Shown: in pieces, positions 60,046 to 64,000 of the stretch
How the letters are laid out: the number at the start of each line of letters is the position of its first letter
How positions within the stretch are numbered: position 1 is the stretch's first letter
NCBI GenBank assembly: GCA_963779755.1
Contig: CAVZZO010000001.1
Coordinates: 192,001-256,000 of the forward strand
Direction of reading: 5' to 3'
Length of the DNA stretch: 64,000 bases
DNA from: an uncultured Gemmatimonadales bacterium
GTDB taxonomy: Bacteria > Gemmatimonadota > Gemmatimonadetes > Gemmatimonadales > GWC2-71-9
Notes under the pieces: model-generated
Database searches by the model: none
What the model saw: only the letters and a program-made list of their open reading frames with translations
Told to the model about the DNA's origin: nothing
Position numbers and translations under genes: made by a program

Positions 60046-61532
60046 TGCGAATGCCGCGATGGATGCTGCCGGCCTGCGCCCTGCTGTGCCTGCTGGGCGT
60101 GCCGGCCCTCCAGGGGCAGGAGGTGACCCAGTCCCCGCACGGGCAGCTGAAAGAGGCCTGCGCCGACTGCCATTCCTCCTCCGGGTGGACGCCGGCCCAC
60201 ATCAGCCGGGCGTTCGATCACGGCAAGTCCGGCTTCGCCCTGACCGGGGCGCACGCCCAGACCGCCTGCCGTTCCTGCCATGCCTCGCTCACGTTCACGG
60301 GCGCGCCGAAGGACTGCGTCAACTGCCACAAGGACGTGCACGGCGGCGAGCTGGGGGTGGACTGCGCCCGCTGCCATACGCCGCGGTCGTTCGTCGACCG
60401 GGCCCGCATGGTGCAGATGCACCAGGCGACGCGCTTCCCGCTGACGGGGACGCATGCCGTGGCCGATTGCGAGGCCTGCCATGAGGCCAGGGGCCAGGGC
60501 GGCCTCACCTGGGTGAACCGCCCCACGCAGTGTCAGGACTGCCACATTTCCAGCTACCTGGCGACCACCAATCCCGATCACCAGGCCAGCGGCTTCCCGC
60601 GCACCTGCGACCAGTGCCATGCCTCCAGTGTCTGGAACCGGGCACGCTTCAATCATGATGCCTCGGGCTTCCCGTTGACCGGGGCACACCGCAGCACCGC
60701 GTGCGACCAGTGCCACGGCGACGGCGTCTACACAGGCAAGCCGACCGCCTGCGTGGCCTGCCACCAGCAGGACTACAACGGAACCACGAACCCGAACCAT
60801 CAGCAGTCCGGCTTCCCGACCAGCTGCACCGACTGCCACACCACCACCAGCTGGCAGGGCGCCACCTTTGATCACAATACGACGCAGTTCCCGCTCACCG
60901 GATCGCATAAGGCAGTGCCCTGCGACCAGTGCCACGGGGACGGCGTGTACAAGGGCAAGCCGACCGCCTGCGTGGCCTGCCACCAGCAGGACTACAACGG
61001 AACCACGAACCCGAACCACCAGCAGTCCGGTTTCCCGACCAGCTGCACCGACTGCCACACCACCACCAGCTGGCAGGGCGCCACCTTTGATCACAATTCG
61101 ACGCAGTTCCCGCTCACCGGATCGCATAAGGCAGTGCCCTGCGACCAGTGCCACGGCGACGGCGTCTACGCCGGCAAGCCGACTGCCTGCGTCGCCTGCC
61201 ATCAGACGGACTACAACGGCACGACCAACCCGCCGCATCAGGCCTCGGGGTTCCCGACGACCTGCGCCGACTGCCATACCACCAGCGGGTGGACGGGCGC
61301 CACGTTCAACCACGACGGGCCCTACTTCCCCATCTACTCGGGGACCCACCTCGGCCGCTGGATCTCGTGTGCGGACTGCCACACCAATCCGAGCGCGTAT
61401 TCGCAGTTCAGCTGCATTACCTGCCACGACCACAGCCAGTCGAATACCGACGGGCATCACACCGGCGTATCGGGCTACCAGTACAACAGCCAGGCATGCT
61501 ACAGCTGCCATCCCACGGGGAGGGCCGGATGA
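60042..61532 (+). CDS. Multiheme cytochrome c, 19 CxxCH
   Basis: Signal peptide. 19 CxxCH counted. ATGA overlap with the upstream gene. Confidence 0.95.
   Translation: MMRMPRWMLPACALLCLLGVPALQGQEVTQSPHGQLKEACADCHSSSGWTPAHISRAFDHGKSGFALTGAHAQTACRSCHASLTFTGAPKDCVNCHKDVHGGELGVDCARCHTPRSFVDRARMVQMHQATRFPLTGTHAVADCEACHEARGQGGLTWVNRPTQCQDCHISSYLATTNPDHQASGFPRTCDQCHASSVWNRARFNHDASGFPLTGAHRSTACDQCHGDGVYTGKPTACVACHQQDYNGTTNPNHQQSGFPTSCTDCHTTTSWQGATFDHNTTQFPLTGSHKAVPCDQCHGDGVYKGKPTACVACHQQDYNGTTNPNHQQSGFPTSCTDCHTTTSWQGATFDHNSTQFPLTGSHKAVPCDQCHGDGVYAGKPTACVACHQTDYNGTTNPPHQASGFPTTCADCHTTSGWTGATFNHDGPYFPIYSGTHLGRWISCADCHTNPSAYSQFSCITCHDHSQSNTDGHHTGVSGYQYNSQACYSCHPTGRAG
60648..61314 (+). repeat. Intragenic 219-bp tandem repeat (~3 copies, 73 aa, 3 hemes each)
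   Basis: CCGACYGCCTGCGT anchor at 60741, 60960 and 61179. Confidence 0.9.
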
Positions 61533-63118
61533 TCCGCATACCACTCGCTGTCCCGGTCCTCCTGGCGCTCATGCTGGGCCCGCTCCGCAGCGCGGCGGCG
61601 CAGGACTCTACCCGCACAGACTCTACCCGCTCGGCGCGGATAACCTACCTTACCGCCGACGCCGTGTATCTCGATGCCGGTCGGGAGGAGGGCCTGGAAG
61701 AAGGCGCCAGAGTGGACCTGCTGCATGGCGGCCAGGTGACTGGGGAGCTGCGGGTACGCTATCTCTCGTCCCACCGCGCCTCCTGCGAAGTGGTCCGGGC
61801 CGACCCCACCCCGGCGGTGGGCGACTCGGTCCGCTTTATCCCTGCGGAGAAGCAGCCGGCCGCCGCCGCCGTGAAACCGGCGGGTGAGAACCGCGAGTCC
61901 TTTCGCCGGCGTCCGCGGAGCGTGCGCGGCCGGGTGGGACTGCGCTATCTCGTCATCCGCCAGAAGGACCTGGGCAGCGCGGGCGTGAGCCAGCCCGCGC
62001 TGGACGTGCGCATGGACGGCGCGGGGCTGGGGGGCTCGCCCGTCGGGGTGACCGTCGACGTGCGCGCCCGGCGGACCACGAGCACGCAAGTGGACGGCAG
62101 CCAGTCGAGCAACGATCGCTACCGGGTCTACCAGCTGGCTCTCAACTGGAATACCCCGGGTTCGCCCCTGCGGATGACGCTGGGCCGCCAGTTTTCGGCT
62201 CCGCTCGCTACGGTCAGCTTCTTCGACGGCCTGACGGCGGAGTACAACCGGCCCTCCTGGAGCTTCGGCCTCTTCGGCGGCACCCAGCCGGATGCGATCG
62301 ATTTCGGCTACTCCAACGATATCCGTGAGCTGGGCGGATACCTCCAGCTTCATAACCGCCCGGCCGGATCCCGGCTCTGGACGCTGACCCTCGGCGGGGT
62401 GGGGTCGTACGGGGCCGTGGCGACCAACCGCGAGTTCGCCTTCCTCTCCGCCAGCTACAGCGACCGGCATTTCTCGTTCTACGGGACGCAGGAGGTCGAC
62501 TACAACCGGCCCTGGAAAGTGGCGCAGGGCGATCCCACCGTCAGCCCGACCAGCACCTTCCTGACGGCGTCGTATCGCGTCGGGTCCGGTTTCTCTTTCC
62601 ATGGCGGCTTCGACAACCGGCGCAACGTGCGGCTCTATCGTGACCTGATCAATCCGGAAACCCGGTTCGACGATTCCTACCGGCAGGGGATCTATGGGGG
62701 CCTGTCCCTGGCCTTCGGCGGCCGCTACCGCCTGGGGCTCGATGCCCGCTCCAGCCGCGGCGGCACCGCCGGGCCGGCGAATGCCTATACCGTCTCACTC
62801 GGGGCTGATCGCCTGACCTCACTGAACCTGGGTCTGCACACCCGGACCACCCGCTATACCACACCTGCGCTGACCGGCTGGCTGCATTCGGCCGACGTGG
62901 CGCTCATCGGCGGCCCCGCCCGCCTCGAGCTCAACGGCGGGCTGCGGCTGGAACACAACCCGCTCGACGATCCGCCCGACAGCCGGCTCACCTGGCTGGG
63001 GGCAGACCTGGACCTGAGCCTGAGCCGGGCCTGGTATTTCCTGCTGTCGGTGCGGCGGGAACGCGGCGGGATCGACGCGAACGACCAGTTGTACGGGGGG
63101 ATCAGCTGGCGCTTCTGA
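61529..63118 (+). CDS. Outer-membrane beta-barrel (porin) of the cytochrome cluster
   Basis: Signal peptide, many amphipathic strands and a C-terminal YGGISWRF beta-signal. ATGA overlap. Confidence 0.8.
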   Translation: MIRIPLAVPVLLALMLGPLRSAAAQDSTRTDSTRSARITYLTADAVYLDAGREEGLEEGARVDLLHGGQVTGELRVRYLSSHRASCEVVRADPTPAVGDSVRFIPAEKQPAAAAVKPAGENRESFRRRPRSVRGRVGLRYLVIRQKDLGSAGVSQPALDVRMDGAGLGGSPVGVTVDVRARRTTSTQVDGSQSSNDRYRVYQLALNWNTPGSPLRMTLGRQFSAPLATVSFFDGLTAEYNRPSWSFGLFGGTQPDAIDFGYSNDIRELGGYLQLHNRPAGSRLWTLTLGGVGSYGAVATNREFAFLSASYSDRHFSFYGTQEVDYNRPWKVAQGDPTVSPTSTFLTASYRVGSGFSFHGGFDNRRNVRLYRDLINPETRFDDSYRQGIYGGLSLAFGGRYRLGLDARSSRGGTAGPANAYTVSLGADRLTSLNLGLHTRTTRYTTPALTGWLHSADVALIGGPARLELNGGLRLEHNPLDDPPDSRLTWLGADLDLSLSRAWYFLLSVRRERGGIDANDQLYGGISWRF

Positions 63119-63120
63119 TC

Positions 63121-63196
63121 CACAGATGGCGCAGATGACACCGATGGCACCGATGGCACCGATGGCACCGATGTCTGTGCCATCGGTGTCATCTGT
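63121..63196. repeat. Nonamer tandem repeat (CACCGATGG) forming a hairpin between convergent genes
   Basis: Six 9-mer units at 63121-63174. 63179-63195 is the exact reverse complement of 63132-63148. Confidence 0.9.
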
Positions 63197-63199
63197 AGA

Positions 63200-63985
63200 T
63201 CACAGATCTTTCCTCTCGAATCTGCGGAGCCCGAGCCACAGCGGCACCGCCGTCCAGACCAGCAGGGCCGCCACGGAAAGCAGAGTGCCCAGCGCGCTCC
63301 CGAAGAAGCGCTCGAAAACGGCGCCGGTGTAACCCATCATCGCCGCGATATCGAACCGCAGCAACAGCAGGATGCGGCCCAGATCCACCGGGTTGAGCAG
63401 CGTGAGTACCAGCAACGGCCGCTCCAGGGGATAATCCCCGAACGAGGTGACCGCCACCAGCAGGATACCGTCGTACAGCACCGTCATCGCCAGCCACAGC
63501 AGGATGGCGGCGCCCAGCCCGCGCGCCCGGTCCTCGAACAGCAGCGCCGCCAGGAAGGCCACTCCGGTAAAGACGGCAGTCAGCAGTACGCCGGTGCCGA
63601 TCAGCGTCGCCAGGGTGAGCGCCACATCCGGTCCGCCATGCCAGAAAAAGGGAAGCGCCACCCCCAGCGCGAAGGCCGAGGCCAGGGGCAGGACCAGCCC
63701 GCCATAGAGCCCGGCGTAGAGCGCCCGCCGGCCTACCGGTTGGGCCAGCAGCAGCTCGATGAACTCCCGCGCGTTGTAGAGATACATCGTGCCGAACACC
63801 ACGCTCACCAGCGGGACGAACACCAGCACGACATTGGACAGGCTGAGCACCGCCCGCGGGCCCCCACCTCCGAAGCGGAGCAGGGCGTCGGTGAGGAGGA
63901 GGAGCAGCAGGCCGTAGCCCAGGATCCAGCGGCTGCGCCGCACATTCTGCAGCTCATAGTGCAGCACCTTCATGGTGGCGTTCAT
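63200..63985 (-). CDS. nosY: NosY-type ABC permease (N2O reductase maturation)
   Basis: VPLVSVVFGTMYLYNAREFIELLLAQP, LNPVDLGR and AAMMGYTGA, as in clade-II NosY. Confidence 0.8.
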   Translation of the reverse strand: MNATMKVLHYELQNVRRSRWILGYGLLLLLLTDALLRFGGGGPRAVLSLSNVVLVFVPLVSVVFGTMYLYNAREFIELLLAQPVGRRALYAGLYGGLVLPLASAFALGVALPFFWHGGPDVALTLATLIGTGVLLTAVFTGVAFLAALLFEDRARGLGAAILLWLAMTVLYDGILLVAVTSFGDYPLERPLLVLTLLNPVDLGRILLLLRFDIAAMMGYTGAVFERFFGSALGTLLSVAALLVWTAVPLWLGLRRFERKDL

Positions 63986-64000
63986 GCGGCGCCTCCCCGC

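Noticed and set aside
60648..61314. CRISPR-like periodicity
   Set aside because: The units are 219-bp in-frame coding repeats with no unique spacers, and no cas genes are present.
63982..64000. 3' end of a presumed nosF
   Set aside because: Only five codons and a stop are visible, so it cannot be identified.

Overview
A high-GC bacterial chromosomal window. The gene families and secreted-protein style suggest Gemmatimonadota, which is inference only. I found no rRNA, tRNA, CRISPR array or transposase. About 60 CDS are supportable. Housekeeping and envelope genes include an acyltransferase, htpX, lemA, yhaM, ogt, lepB, bcp, Hsp20, and thiC with a TPP riboswitch. Transport and sensing genes include two RND/MFP/TolC systems, a potABCDD polyamine transporter and a two-SBP + MCP operon. 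There is also an ArsR-linked persulfide-handling cluster. Four things stand out. (1) 55.6-63.1 kb: a five-gene trans-envelope electron-conduit operon (His-rich cytochrome-b-like membrane protein, permuted ferredoxin-flavoprotein, 23- and 19-heme cytochromes, beta-barrel) abutting nosY. (2) 9.7-10.0 kb: an unannotated ~270-nt structured RNA candidate with kissing loops, possibly raiA-motif-like. (3) 9.45-9.54 kb: a cluster of DnaA-box-like sites just upstream of that RNA. (4) 4.9-7.2 kb: an AraC regulator, a 46-aa lipopeptide gene missed by the ORF track and a TPR protein, together resembling a peptide-signalling module. Several start codons were re-chosen by eye and are approximate.
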